A DNA stretch of 64,000 nucleotides, taken from contig CAZUCK010000005.1 of NCBI GenBank assembly GCA_964619505.1, positions 10,300-74,299 of the forward strand, in the 5' to 3' direction. The notes below the pieces were generated by a model. That model was not told where the DNA came from and did no database searches. It saw only the letters and a program-made list of their open reading frames with translations. The first letter of the stretch is position 1; every line of letters begins with the position of its first letter. This document shows positions 1 to 8,979 of this stretch, piece by piece. The translations under genes were made by a program, and so were the position numbers. The stretch comes from an uncultured Fimbriimonas sp. Lineage in GTDB: Bacteria > Armatimonadota > Fimbriimonadia > Fimbriimonadales > Fimbriimonadaceae.

Positions 1-1250
1 GGCAATGCGGGCCTGTAGACCGCAGAAGCCACCAGTTTCGCCGCCGATTTCCCATCCTTCGGCGAGGCGGCTTGGCCGATCTCCAAGGTCACGCCGCCGT
101 TGGCGTTGAACCTTCCTGACATCCAGTCTGCTGCCTTGGCGAGAAGTCGTTGACGCACGAGTCCAACGTTGTGGGCAGTGGATGGCAGGATGATGCCAAA
201 TCCGGTTTCGCCGTACCGGGCAACCACGTCGAGTCGACGCAAATTGTCCTTGAAGAACTCGGCGGCATCGGACAGGAAGTCGATGACACTCTGCTCTCCG
301 TAGAATCTGCGCATCCCTTCGAGGCCGGTGAACCGAATCATGACAAGGGCGACGTGGGTCTCGTTGCTCGCTGCCCTGTGGAGCTCTTCTTGCAGCCTGC
401 TGTTGAAATAGCTCTCCGTGTAAGCGCCCGTCGCCGCATCGATCACGTCGTAGTCGATCGCGCTCGTCTGGCGTCGCAGCACGCGATCCTTCTCTTCTTC
501 CGCAGTCAAAATCTTTCGCAGCTTGGCAAGCGACTGTCGCAAGATGTGGGACACGTAATTGCAGGAGATCCCGAGCTGATTGGCGATCTCCGTTTGGTTC
601 ATCGCTTCGAAATGGAACAGAAGCAAGACCTGTCGCTCCAGGTCGCGCAACTGCCGCATCGCCTGCTCCAACAGCACGCGGTCCTCCACGCTGAGCTGCT
701 CTGGGCAGAATGCAGAGGCATCGAGTTTTTCAACTTCGCTCGACCCGTCGTCTTCACTTTGAGCCGGCAGGTCAAGTGAGGCCACGCGCAACATCTCTTG
801 CGTTTGGTAGACCTCTTGGACCGCAGATTCACTGATGCTGAGTTCGTCGGCGATTTCACGTTCGGTCGGAGTTCGCCCAAGCGATTGTTGGAGCATGTTG
901 GACGTGCGATTGACTTTGTGTCTGAGCTCTTGCAGCCAAGCGGGGTGTCGAATGATTTGAGATCGGTCGCGCAGATAGTGCTTTATCTCGCCCGCGACGA
1001 GATAAGTCGCATACGTGTTGAACCGAACACCGGCTTCGGGGTCAAATTTTGTCAGCGCATTCAGAAGGCCGATGAAGCCGACCTGCACGAGATCTTCGAA
1101 CGGCTCGATGCCGCTGAACCTTCGAGCGATTCGCTCGACGAGGTTCGCGTATTGAACCATGATCAGATCTTTGAGATCGGGTTTCGGATCCCTCAGATAA
1201 CGCAACACCAGACCTTCCGTGTCCTGGTGCAATCCTGTTTGCTCAGACAT
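1..1250 (-). CDS. RNA polymerase sigma factor (group 3, SigB/SigF-like) fused to a C-terminal degenerate GGDEF-like domain; partial, 3' end runs off the left edge
   Basis: Hand translation of the minus strand from ATG 1250..1248 gives MSEQTGLHQDTEGLVLRYLRDPKPDLKDLIMVQYANLVERIARRFSGIEPFEDLVQVGFIGLLNALTKFDPEAGVRFNTYATYLVAGEIKHYLRD (sigma region 2). Further on comes NQTEIANQLGISCNYVSHILRQSLAKLRKIL (region 4 HTH). Without any stop it continues into DVIDAATGAYTESYF...VALVMIRFTGLEG...RRLDVVARYGETGFGIILP (GGDEF fold). The frame is open to position 1, so the gene is absent from the ORF track. ORFs 150..779(+) and 798..1613(+) are its antisense shadows. Confidence 0.8.
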   Translation of the reverse strand, partial: MSEQTGLHQDTEGLVLRYLRDPKPDLKDLIMVQYANLVERIARRFSGIEPFEDLVQVGFIGLLNALTKFDPEAGVRFNTYATYLVAGEIKHYLRDRSQIIRHPAWLQELRHKVNRTSNMLQQSLGRTPTEREIADELSISESAVQEVYQTQEMLRVASLDLPAQSEDDGSSEVEKLDASAFCPEQLSVEDRVLLEQAMRQLRDLERQVLLLFHFEAMNQTEIANQLGISCNYVSHILRQSLAKLRKILTAEEEKDRVLRRQTSAIDYDVIDAATGAYTESYFNSRLQEELHRAASNETHVALVMIRFTGLEGMRRFYGEQSVIDFLSDAAEFFKDNLRRLDVVARYGETGFGIILPSTAHNVGLVRQRLLAKAADWMSGRFNANGGVTLEIGQAASPKDGKSAAKLVASAVYRPAL

Positions 1251-1306
1251 ACTCACTCCGTTGATCGCCTTGGCCGACGTTCCTCGTCGACCTCAATTCC
1301 CGTTCC

Positions 1307-1325
1307 GGCTTCCATCCTGGAAGCC
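1307..1325 (-). other. perfect hairpin GGCTTCCA-TCC-TGGAAGCC in the 108-nt spacer between pilC and the sigma gene (possible attenuator or processing site; no U-tract)
   Basis: An 8-bp perfect inverted repeat with a 3-nt loop, read directly from the sequence. It lies about 33 nt beyond the pilC stop on the minus strand. Confidence 0.3.
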
Positions 1326-1358
1326 ACCTTCCTACCCTTTTGCCCTAGCCCCGTCGCG

Positions 1359-2564
1359 TCACTTGACGCTCGTGACCAGTTTGAAGATGGGCGTCATGAT
1401 CGAAATGGCGATGAAGCCCACGATCACACCCATGAAAATGATCAGCATCGGCTCGATCATCGACGTCAAACCCTTAACCGTGGATTCGACTTCAGAATCG
1501 TAAAAGTCGCCGACCTTAACGAGCATCTCGGAGAGACGCCCAGTCTCTTCCCCGATGTCGATCATCGTCGTGACCATGTTTGGAAACAGCCCGGATGCGG
1601 CCAGCGGCTGTGAAAGCTTCTGACCCTCGCGGATGCATACTCGCGTCGTCTCAATTGCTTCGCTTAGGACCTGGTTCCCCAGGGTTTCCCCTACGATTTC
1701 AAGGCTCCGCATCATCGGTACACCGGAGTTGATGAGTGTTCCAAAGGTTCGCGAGAACCGCGCGACGCTCATCTTGAGCACCAACTCACCGACAACCGGA
1801 ATTCTTAACTTCATGCTGTCCAATTGGCGTCGGCCCGTCACCGTTTTGCCCCAACTCTTGACCCCCATGAAAGCTCCGAAGAGGCCAATCAAGATCATCC
1901 ACCAGTAGGCCGCCATGAAATCGCCCATGGCGAACAGGCCCTTGGTGACGGGAGGCAGTTCGACCTGCATACCGGTGAAGATTTCCTTGAACTTCGGCAA
2001 AACGAAACTGAATAGTGCGAACAGCATCACTTGGGAGAAAATGAGAACCAGGACGGGGTACATCATCGCGCCCTTGATCTTCGCCCTCATGTCCGCTTCG
2101 TACTCGAGGAATGCGGCCAAGCGGTCCAGGATCTGGTCCAAGATGCCACCGACTTCGGCGGCGCGAACCATGTTCACGTAAAGCTTATTGAAAATGATCG
2201 GATGCTTGGCAAGGGAGTCGGAAAGCGTCAAGCCACCCTTTACGTCCGCCGTGACCAATTCAAGGCACTCCTTGAAAATGGGATCCTTGGTCTGGCCGAC
2301 GAGGATGTCGAGGCACCTCAAAATTGGAATACCCGCGTCGATCATCGTCGCAAACTGTCGCGAGAATACGACGAGCACTTTTAGCTTGACTTTCTTCTTG
2401 CCGACGACCATCTTGCCGGCCTTTGCGCCTGTCTTCTTGATGTCCGTGCAATGGAGCGATTGATCTCGCAACTTGGCAAGAACCAATTGCTCGTTGTCCG
2501 CGTCGATGGTCGCGCGGACGACGCGTCCAGAAGTGTCTATGGCGGTATAGGCGTACAGCGGCAT
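1359..2564 (-). CDS. pilC: type IV pilus / type II secretion platform protein (PilC/GspF family)
   Basis: ORF 1359..2594, start trimmed to ATG 2564 (MPLYAYTAIDTSGRVV..., the usual PilC/GspF N-terminus). It has a two-fold GspF-type repeat organisation and hydrophobic helices (MMYPVLVLIFSQVMLFALFSFVLP; MLIIFMGVIVGFIAISIMTPIF). Confidence 0.9.
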   Translation of the reverse strand: MPLYAYTAIDTSGRVVRATIDADNEQLVLAKLRDQSLHCTDIKKTGAKAGKMVVGKKKVKLKVLVVFSRQFATMIDAGIPILRCLDILVGQTKDPIFKECLELVTADVKGGLTLSDSLAKHPIIFNKLYVNMVRAAEVGGILDQILDRLAAFLEYEADMRAKIKGAMMYPVLVLIFSQVMLFALFSFVLPKFKEIFTGMQVELPPVTKGLFAMGDFMAAYWWMILIGLFGAFMGVKSWGKTVTGRRQLDSMKLRIPVVGELVLKMSVARFSRTFGTLINSGVPMMRSLEIVGETLGNQVLSEAIETTRVCIREGQKLSQPLAASGLFPNMVTTMIDIGEETGRLSEMLVKVGDFYDSEVESTVKGLTSMIEPMLIIFMGVIVGFIAISIMTPIFKLVTSVK

Positions 2565-2738
2565 GTTACTTGTCAGCTCCCTGGGTGAACGCACCGTGCG
2601 CGCTCCAGTAAGACAATTCTCGGTCTGGCGCTTCCATATTCCAACGAGGTTTCACAGGTTCTTTGAAAAAATCCTGTTGAAAGCTTCAAAAAGCATCGTG
2701 CGGGCACCATGCCGTTTCGTGGTACGGTTCCAAAAGAG

Positions 2739-3800
2739 ATGAGCTTTCTACGTCTTGCGGTGATCATGGCCGGCGGATCCGGCGACCGGTTTTGGCCCCT
2801 CTCCCACGCCACGCGACCCAAGCAACTGCTCAAATTGACGCACCCCGAACAAACGCTTCTACAAGAAGCAGTCCAACGGCTTGCTCCCCTCATCAGTAAG
2901 GATCGGGTCCACATTGCTTCGACCCAACTGCTTGAGTCAGCCATTAAGGCCCAACACTGCGTACTGCCCGACAACGTCATCACGGAGCCCGACAAGCGCA
3001 ACACGCTCGGATGCCTCTCCTGGGTCGCAGCTAACTTGATTGCGAAGTATCCCAAAGAACCCATCTCTCTCGCGGTGTTCCCGACGGACCAAAAGATAGG
3101 CAACGTGGCCCTATTTCGAGACACGGTGAACAAGGCGCTCGTCATCGCCGAACAGACGGGCAACCTCGTGACGATCGGGATTCGGCCGCAGCGGCCGGAA
3201 ACGGGATTCGGTTACATTGAAGTGCCCGACGCGGCGAGCATCCGCGAGCCCCAGAAAGCGAAGCGTTTCCACGAAAAACCCACGCTGGAACGAGCTCAAC
3301 TCTATGTGAAGAGCGGCGCGTTCCTTTGGAACAGCGGGATGTTCTTCTGGCGGCTGGATTCGTTCATGAACGAACTGAAAGCGGCTCAACCCGAAACCCA
3401 CGCAATCATCGAAAAGATGGCCAACGCCATGAAGTTAGGAAAGGACAAATTGGCGGAGGAGTTGTTCAAGCAACTGCCCAGCCAGTCCATCGATCAGGCC
3501 CTTATGGAAAATTCCAAGAACGTATTCGTAGTGCCCGGCGAGTTCCCATGGGATGACGTCGGTTCGTGGGACTCCCTGGAGCGCTCTTTTGAGAGGAACG
3601 CGGATGGAAACGTGGTTCAGGGCAAGGTCTTTGCCGTCGACACAGGTGGCTGCGTGCTTGTGAACGAGAGCAATCAAAAAGTGGGTGTTCTTGGCGTCTC
3701 GGACCTCGTCATCGTCGTTTCCCAGGACGGAATCCTCATTTGCCACAAGGACCGAGCTCAAGAGGTAAAGATCATCGCCCAAGAGTTCGAAAAGGAGTGA
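2739..3800 (+). CDS. manC: mannose-1-phosphate guanylyltransferase (short form, no PMI/cupin domain)
   Basis: ORF 2709..3800. The N-terminal nucleotidyltransferase motif LAVIMAGGSGDRFWPLS...PKQLL and the later FGYIE and WNSGMFFW are typical of ManC/CpsB. ATG 2739 is preferred because it gives the normal short leader before the GGSG loop; 2709 is possible. Confidence 0.85.
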   Translation: MSFLRLAVIMAGGSGDRFWPLSHATRPKQLLKLTHPEQTLLQEAVQRLAPLISKDRVHIASTQLLESAIKAQHCVLPDNVITEPDKRNTLGCLSWVAANLIAKYPKEPISLAVFPTDQKIGNVALFRDTVNKALVIAEQTGNLVTIGIRPQRPETGFGYIEVPDAASIREPQKAKRFHEKPTLERAQLYVKSGAFLWNSGMFFWRLDSFMNELKAAQPETHAIIEKMANAMKLGKDKLAEELFKQLPSQSIDQALMENSKNVFVVPGEFPWDDVGSWDSLERSFERNADGNVVQGKVFAVDTGGCVLVNESNQKVGVLGVSDLVIVVSQDGILICHKDRAQEVKIIAQEFEKE

Positions 3801-3883
3801 CGACCGCACTCTCCGCCAGCGTGACGCCCCTTTCACGTCACAATGGGTGCTTCAGGGCCTCCCAAGGGATCAATCGTTAGGGA

Positions 3884-4618
3884 ATGAGCGTTACGGAAGA
3901 CAGGATGCACAAGCCGGAAGAGTCAGCGCGCGCCGAGGTGTCCGTTCTCGTGCCCGCGCTCAATGAGGAAGACAGCATCCGACAGGTGATTGAGCGCGTG
4001 CTCGCCATCCCCATGAAGGTGGAGGTCATTGTGATCGATGACGGCAGCAGCGACACAACCGCTGAAATCATGAGAAGTTTCGAGGACCGCATCATCGCCA
4101 TCCACAATGAACGCCGCCAAGGGAAAGGAGCTGCCATCGTCAGGGGATTGGCAAAGGCCACTGGCCGGGCGGTCATCATTCAAGACGCCGATCTGGAGTA
4201 TCTCCCGGAAGAAATTCCCTCCGTCGTGAACCCAATTCTCGAAGGCAAGGAAACCGTCGTCTACGGCACACGATTCTCGAGTGGCATGCCGACGTCCATG
4301 GCCCTACCCAACAAAATCGTCAACATCCTCCTCGCCTGGGCCGTACGCCTCCTTTACTGGCGCCGCGTGACGGACGAAGCCACTTGCTACAAGGCATTTC
4401 GCCTCGACGTGATCAAGGGCATGGACCTCCAATGCCAGCGATTCGAATTCTGCCCCGAGGCGACCGCCAAAGCGATCCGCATGGGCCAGCACATCCTAGA
4501 AGTGCCCATCTCCTACACGGCTCGGACAACTCTCGAAGGTAAAAAGATCCGGTGGACTGACGCGCCACACGCTTTCCTGACCCTAATGCGTTACCGGCTC
4601 TGGAAGCCGGAGAAGTGA
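3884..4618 (+). CDS. family 2 glycosyltransferase (polyprenol-phosphate sugar transferase-like)
   Basis: [26 protein letters not shown] and IIQDADLEY (DxD) are GT2/GT-A signatures. An AGGGA Shine-Dalgarno-like motif lies before the ATG. Confidence 0.85.
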   Translation: MSVTEDRMHKPEESARAEVSVLVPALNEEDSIRQVIERVLAIPMKVEVIVIDDGSSDTTAEIMRSFEDRIIAIHNERRQGKGAAIVRGLAKATGRAVIIQDADLEYLPEEIPSVVNPILEGKETVVYGTRFSSGMPTSMALPNKIVNILLAWAVRLLYWRRVTDEATCYKAFRLDVIKGMDLQCQRFEFCPEATAKAIRMGQHILEVPISYTARTTLEGKKIRWTDAPHAFLTLMRYRLWKPEK

Positions 4619-4671
4619 CTCCCCGAATAACCCGGCCTTAACCCGCTCGCCGGTACAATGGCTTTCGTCTT

Positions 4672-5736
4672 ATGAAAGCTCTCATCCTCGCAGGCGGCAA
4701 AGGCACCCGGCTTCGCCCCATCACTTTTTCCATGGCCAAGCAACTTGTGCCCGTGGCCAATAAGCCTGTCATCGAGTACGGCATCGAAGCCATCGCCGCC
4801 GCAGGAGTCAAAGATTTCGGCATCATTGTCGCCGACACGGCAAAAGCGATCGAGGAAGTGGTTGGGGACGGATCCAGATTCGGCATCAAGGTCACCTACA
4901 TTCCCCAGCCTGACCCTTTGGGCCTTGCCCACGCGGTCGCCACGGCCAAAGATTTCCTCGGCCACGATGACTTCATCATGTACCTTGGGGACAACATGAT
5001 CAAGTCGAGCCTCAGCGACCTCGTCTCTGAGTTCAAAGACCCGTCCGTTGCCGCCACGATCCTCCTCACACCTGTTCCAAACCCCTCCGACTTCGGCGTT
5101 GCCGAGCTCAAAGACGGCATAGTGTCAAGGCTGCAGGAGAAGCCCAAAGATCCAAAGTCCAATCTCGCCCTTGTCGGCGTCTATCTGTTCCGTGAATCCA
5201 TCCACGATCACATCGCCCATTTGAAGCCAAGCGCACGTGGAGAATTCGAAATCACGGACGCCATCCAATCCCTTGTGGACGGCGGCCTCAACGTTCACTC
5301 CCATATCGTCCAAGGATGGTGGAAGGACACCGGCACCGTCGAAGCCATGCTGGAGGCGAACCGACTCATCCTGGAAGACATGCCGACCGACATTCAGGGC
5401 CAAGTTGACGAGGATTCGCGCATCGAAGGGCGAGTCGTGCTCGCAAAAGGGTGCAAGGTCGTCAACAGCGTCATCCGTGGCCCAGCCGTCATCGGCGCGA
5501 ACTGCCATATCGAGAACAGCTATATCGGACCCTTCTCCGCCATCGACTCCGGCACGACCCTCAAAGATACGGAAATCGAATACTCCATCGTCCTTCAGGA
5601 CTGCGAGCTCGTAAGGCCGGGGGCACGCATCGAAGCGTCCCTGATCGGGCGCGGGGCGAAGGTCGGACACGCCGAAAGCGTGCCGAAATCGATGCAGCTC
5701 GTCCTCGGCGACTCCAGCCAAGTCACGCTGCCATGA
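4672..5736 (+). CDS. sugar-1-phosphate nucleotidyltransferase (RmlA-like glucose-1-phosphate thymidylyltransferase, long form with C-terminal left-handed beta-helix)
   Basis: MKALILAGGKGTRLRPITFSMAKQLVPVANKPVIEY is the classic G-x-G-T-R-L loop. The C-terminal third has hexapeptide-like repeats (VVNSVIRGPAVIGANCHIENSYIGP...). Confidence 0.85.
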   Translation: MKALILAGGKGTRLRPITFSMAKQLVPVANKPVIEYGIEAIAAAGVKDFGIIVADTAKAIEEVVGDGSRFGIKVTYIPQPDPLGLAHAVATAKDFLGHDDFIMYLGDNMIKSSLSDLVSEFKDPSVAATILLTPVPNPSDFGVAELKDGIVSRLQEKPKDPKSNLALVGVYLFRESIHDHIAHLKPSARGEFEITDAIQSLVDGGLNVHSHIVQGWWKDTGTVEAMLEANRLILEDMPTDIQGQVDEDSRIEGRVVLAKGCKVVNSVIRGPAVIGANCHIENSYIGPFSAIDSGTTLKDTEIEYSIVLQDCELVRPGARIEASLIGRGAKVGHAESVPKSMQLVLGDSSQVTLP

Positions 5737-5743
5737 GTGAGCA

Positions 5744-6901
5744 ATGAAAGCCGATCTGCTTGTGATCAGCGCCTCTTCGGGCGTGGGCAAGTGTGAGCGA
5801 GTCGCCTTCCAGATCGCAAAACATCTTCATGATCGTGGCCATAGGGTGCAGACCCTCATCAAAGCGCCGGTTCAAAAACGGGAGTTGCTCTCTTGGTACA
5901 GCAAAGAGCAGATTCCCATTGCCCTCAGTCAGCACATTAAGCCTTTGAAGCCGGGCGGAACGTTCACCAGCATGCTGGCCCTGGCGATGAAGATTCAGCG
6001 CTGTGCCCCAAAAGCGGTCAGCCTCCACAATCCCGACAACACCATCTCCTGGACGGACGTCGCAGCCTGCCGCCTCGCGGGCGTCAAGAAGGTGATCGTG
6101 TCGGTGCACCATCCGATGGACGCGGAGTTGATCTCGCGGAAATGGCAGCGCAGCACCAAGATCGCGGCAAATTATGCGGACTTCGTCGCCGTCACGTCGC
6201 CTGCTCTAGAGGCGAGCCTTCTAGAGATCGGCGTCTCTGACAAAAAGGTCGTGGTGATCCCTCTCGGAATAGAGGTGCCTGATGGCGGCCCAGACCGGGC
6301 TCGGGCACGCGCCCTCCTCAAGATTCCGAAAGACGCCTTCATCGTCGGCAGCATGGCCAAGCTCTCGCCTGAAAAGCGCTTTGACCAACTGATCCGCGCT
6401 TGCGCGGCGTCGAAAGAATTCAAGAAGAGCGGCCACCTCGTGATCGGCGGCGATGGCGTCGAGCGACCACGTTTGCAGCCGCTCGCCGAAAAGCTTCTTC
6501 CCGTTCAACACACGTTCCTCGGCCGCGTCGCAGACCCCGCACAGTTCTTCTCCGCTTTGGATCTGTTCATCCTCCTGTCCGAGAACGAGGGGTTTGGACT
6601 CGTGTACACGGAGGCGGGGGCTTATGGAGTCCCCAGCATCGGCTGCGACACGGGTGGCACCCGTTTCGCCATTTTGGAAGGGGAGACTGGCTTCCTCGTA
6701 CCCGTCAACGAGCCGGAACAGATGACGACCAAGCTGGACTTCGTGATGCAGGACGCGATGATTCGGCACCAGTTGGGCGCGAACGCGAAAGCTTTCGCGG
6801 AAAAGAATTTCGGGATGAAGAAAATGGTCGACGCCTACGAGAAGATTTTGGGCCTCGCCGAGCCGACAGTGAGGAAGGATCGAAGAAAGGTTTCGTACTG
6901 A
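5744..6901 (+). CDS. family 4 (GT-B) glycosyltransferase
   Basis: The C-terminal half has the GT4 pattern LSENEGFGLVYTEAGAYGVPSIGCDTGG...ETGFLV (EX7E-type motif). Confidence 0.85.
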   Translation: MKADLLVISASSGVGKCERVAFQIAKHLHDRGHRVQTLIKAPVQKRELLSWYSKEQIPIALSQHIKPLKPGGTFTSMLALAMKIQRCAPKAVSLHNPDNTISWTDVAACRLAGVKKVIVSVHHPMDAELISRKWQRSTKIAANYADFVAVTSPALEASLLEIGVSDKKVVVIPLGIEVPDGGPDRARARALLKIPKDAFIVGSMAKLSPEKRFDQLIRACAASKEFKKSGHLVIGGDGVERPRLQPLAEKLLPVQHTFLGRVADPAQFFSALDLFILLSENEGFGLVYTEAGAYGVPSIGCDTGGTRFAILEGETGFLVPVNEPEQMTTKLDFVMQDAMIRHQLGANAKAFAEKNFGMKKMVDAYEKILGLAEPTVRKDRRKVSY

Positions 6902-7044
6902 GCTCTATTGAACACATGGTCATTGACAATGTTATGACCGATGGATGAGCAAGCTTTTGTTGCTATCCGTCAGTGGCGCCGTTGAAATTTCTTCGGCCAA
7001 GCCCTATCTCAGGACCAACCGGCTCACGAGGAGGTTTCTCCCGG

Positions 7045-8874
7045 CTACTCCACCGTCACCGACTTCGCCAGGTTTCGCGGTTGGTCGATCTCGCACCCGT
7101 TCATGCGCGCCACGTGGTACGCAATCAGTTGGAGTGGGATCACCGACAGCAAGGCGTTTAGGAATTCGAACTTTGTGCGTGGAATTTTCAGGACATGGTC
7201 GACCGCCTTCTCGACGTTACTGTCGGCCTCCAAAGTGACGGCAATGACGGTGCCACCCCGTGCCTGAACCTCCTTCATGTTGCTGATCGCCTTTTCGGCG
7301 ATCGCGGGATCGGTTGCGCCAAAGATCGCGACAACCCCGGGGTTCACCAGGGCCAGGGGGCCATGCTTCATTTCGCCGGCGGGGGATTCCTGGGTCGGGA
7401 TATAGGCCAATTCTTTAAATTTCAGAGCCCCCTCCATTGCGACGTAAGCGTCCGCGCCGCGACCAAGGAAGAAGCAGAGGGGCGTGCTCTTGATCTCCTC
7501 GCAGAGTTTGATTATTTCGGGCTCCAGCTTCAGGATTTCGGCCGCTTTCTGGTCGAGGGTGCGAAGCTCGTCCACCCACTCATGCACCCTGATGCCAGGT
7601 GATTCCTGCACTTGGGCGATGTGAAGGGCAAGCAGGGTCAGGACCATGACCTGCGCCATGTAAGCCTTGGTGCTGGCCACGGAGATTTCGGGGCCCGCCT
7701 GGGTGAAGATGGTGCGGTCGCATTCCCTTGCAATGCTGCTGCCGACCACGTTGACGATGCCAAGCGTTCGGATTTTGCGCTCCTTGCAAAGGCGCAAGGC
7801 GCTCAAAGTGTCAAGCGTCTCTCCCGACTGGCTCACAAAAATGGCGAGCGACCGGGGCGACAGGACGGGGTCGCCGTAACGGAATTCGCTCGAATAATAC
7901 ACGTCGCAGGGCAGCCGCAATAGCTTTTCGAACAGGTGCTTGCCCATCAGGCCCGCGTGGAACGCGGTGCCGCAGGCGATGATGTTGACGCGGTCGATCT
8001 CCGCCCACACATGCTCGCTGAACACTCGGTCCAGCCGTACGTCGACCTGGTCGTCGATCCGACCCGCGATGCTCTGGCGGATGACCTGCGGTTGCTCGTG
8101 CATCTCCTTGCGATAGAAGTGCTCATAGCCGCCGCGCTCGGCGGCCGCGATGTCCCATTCGATGTGCTGAGCCTTGAAGGGCACTGGCTTGGCATCTTTG
8201 TCGATAATGCGGACCTCTTCCTTCGTCAAGATCGCCAAATCCTGTTCTTCCAAGATGACCACTTCACGGGTGTATGGGAGCAAAGCAGGAATGTCGCTCG
8301 CCAGCAGGTTCTCACCTTCTCCCAAACCGATGACGAGTGGGCTGGAGTTGCGCACGGCCACGATTTTTCCGTCTTCGCGTTTGGACACCACGACAAGGGC
8401 AAACGCGCCGCGCAGGCGCTTCACGCCCAGCCGAACGGCTTCTTCGAGAGGTACGCCCTTGGAGTACTCCTCACCGAGGACGTGCGCCGCCACTTCTGTG
8501 TCGGTCTGTGACCTGAACTTGTGGCCCTTCGCCGAGAGTTCGTCCCGCAACTCCTGGAAGTTTTCGATGATTCCGTTGTGGATGATCGCCACTTGTTCAT
8601 AGGCGTCGTAATGGGGGTGGGCGTTGATGTCGGTCGGTCCGCCGTGGGTGGCCCACCGTGAGTGGGCGATGGCCATATGCGCGCTCAGGGGCTTCTCGCT
8701 GAGCAGCTTCCCGAGTTCCGTCAGCTTGCCCGCGCGCTTGACGATGGAGATCTCGCCGTTGTTCCGGTAGGCGATGCCCGCGCTGTCGTATCCGCGGTAT
8801 TCAAGGCGTTTGAGTTGATCGAACACCACGTCGACCGCATTTTTGGGGCCGACGTATCCGGCAATGCCACACAT
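7045..8874 (-). CDS. glmS: glutamine--fructose-6-phosphate aminotransferase
   Basis: Starts MCGIAGYVG (N-terminal catalytic Cys). Has two SIS domains (SQSGETLDT) and a conserved C-terminus ...NLAKSVTVE. Length 609 aa. Confidence 0.97.
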   Translation of the reverse strand: MCGIAGYVGPKNAVDVVFDQLKRLEYRGYDSAGIAYRNNGEISIVKRAGKLTELGKLLSEKPLSAHMAIAHSRWATHGGPTDINAHPHYDAYEQVAIIHNGIIENFQELRDELSAKGHKFRSQTDTEVAAHVLGEEYSKGVPLEEAVRLGVKRLRGAFALVVVSKREDGKIVAVRNSSPLVIGLGEGENLLASDIPALLPYTREVVILEEQDLAILTKEEVRIIDKDAKPVPFKAQHIEWDIAAAERGGYEHFYRKEMHEQPQVIRQSIAGRIDDQVDVRLDRVFSEHVWAEIDRVNIIACGTAFHAGLMGKHLFEKLLRLPCDVYYSSEFRYGDPVLSPRSLAIFVSQSGETLDTLSALRLCKERKIRTLGIVNVVGSSIARECDRTIFTQAGPEISVASTKAYMAQVMVLTLLALHIAQVQESPGIRVHEWVDELRTLDQKAAEILKLEPEIIKLCEEIKSTPLCFFLGRGADAYVAMEGALKFKELAYIPTQESPAGEMKHGPLALVNPGVVAIFGATDPAIAEKAISNMKEVQARGGTVIAVTLEADSNVEKAVDHVLKIPRTKFEFLNALLSVIPLQLIAYHVARMNGCEIDQPRNLAKSVTVE

Positions 8875-8979
8875 GCCTTAAAGGATGGCACGGAATGGAA
8901 ACGAGGGTGGGACTTGGGGGTTTCGTTGTTGAGGGACGTTCCTTCGAGCGCGGGCTCAGGTCTCGAACCGCCTTCGGGC

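Noticed and set aside
150-1613. ORF-track ORFs 150..779(+) and 798..1613(+), 209 and 271 aa
   Set aside because: Both lie antisense to the clearly homologous sigma-factor/GGDEF frame on the minus strand. Their products are Arg/Leu/Val-rich with no motifs. These are typical shadow ORFs of GC-rich coding DNA.
8875-8979. Possible glmS ribozyme upstream of glmS
   Set aside because: Only ~105 nt separate glmS from the preceding gene, which is too short for the ribozyme. I could not find the conserved core sequence blocks when reading the minus strand.
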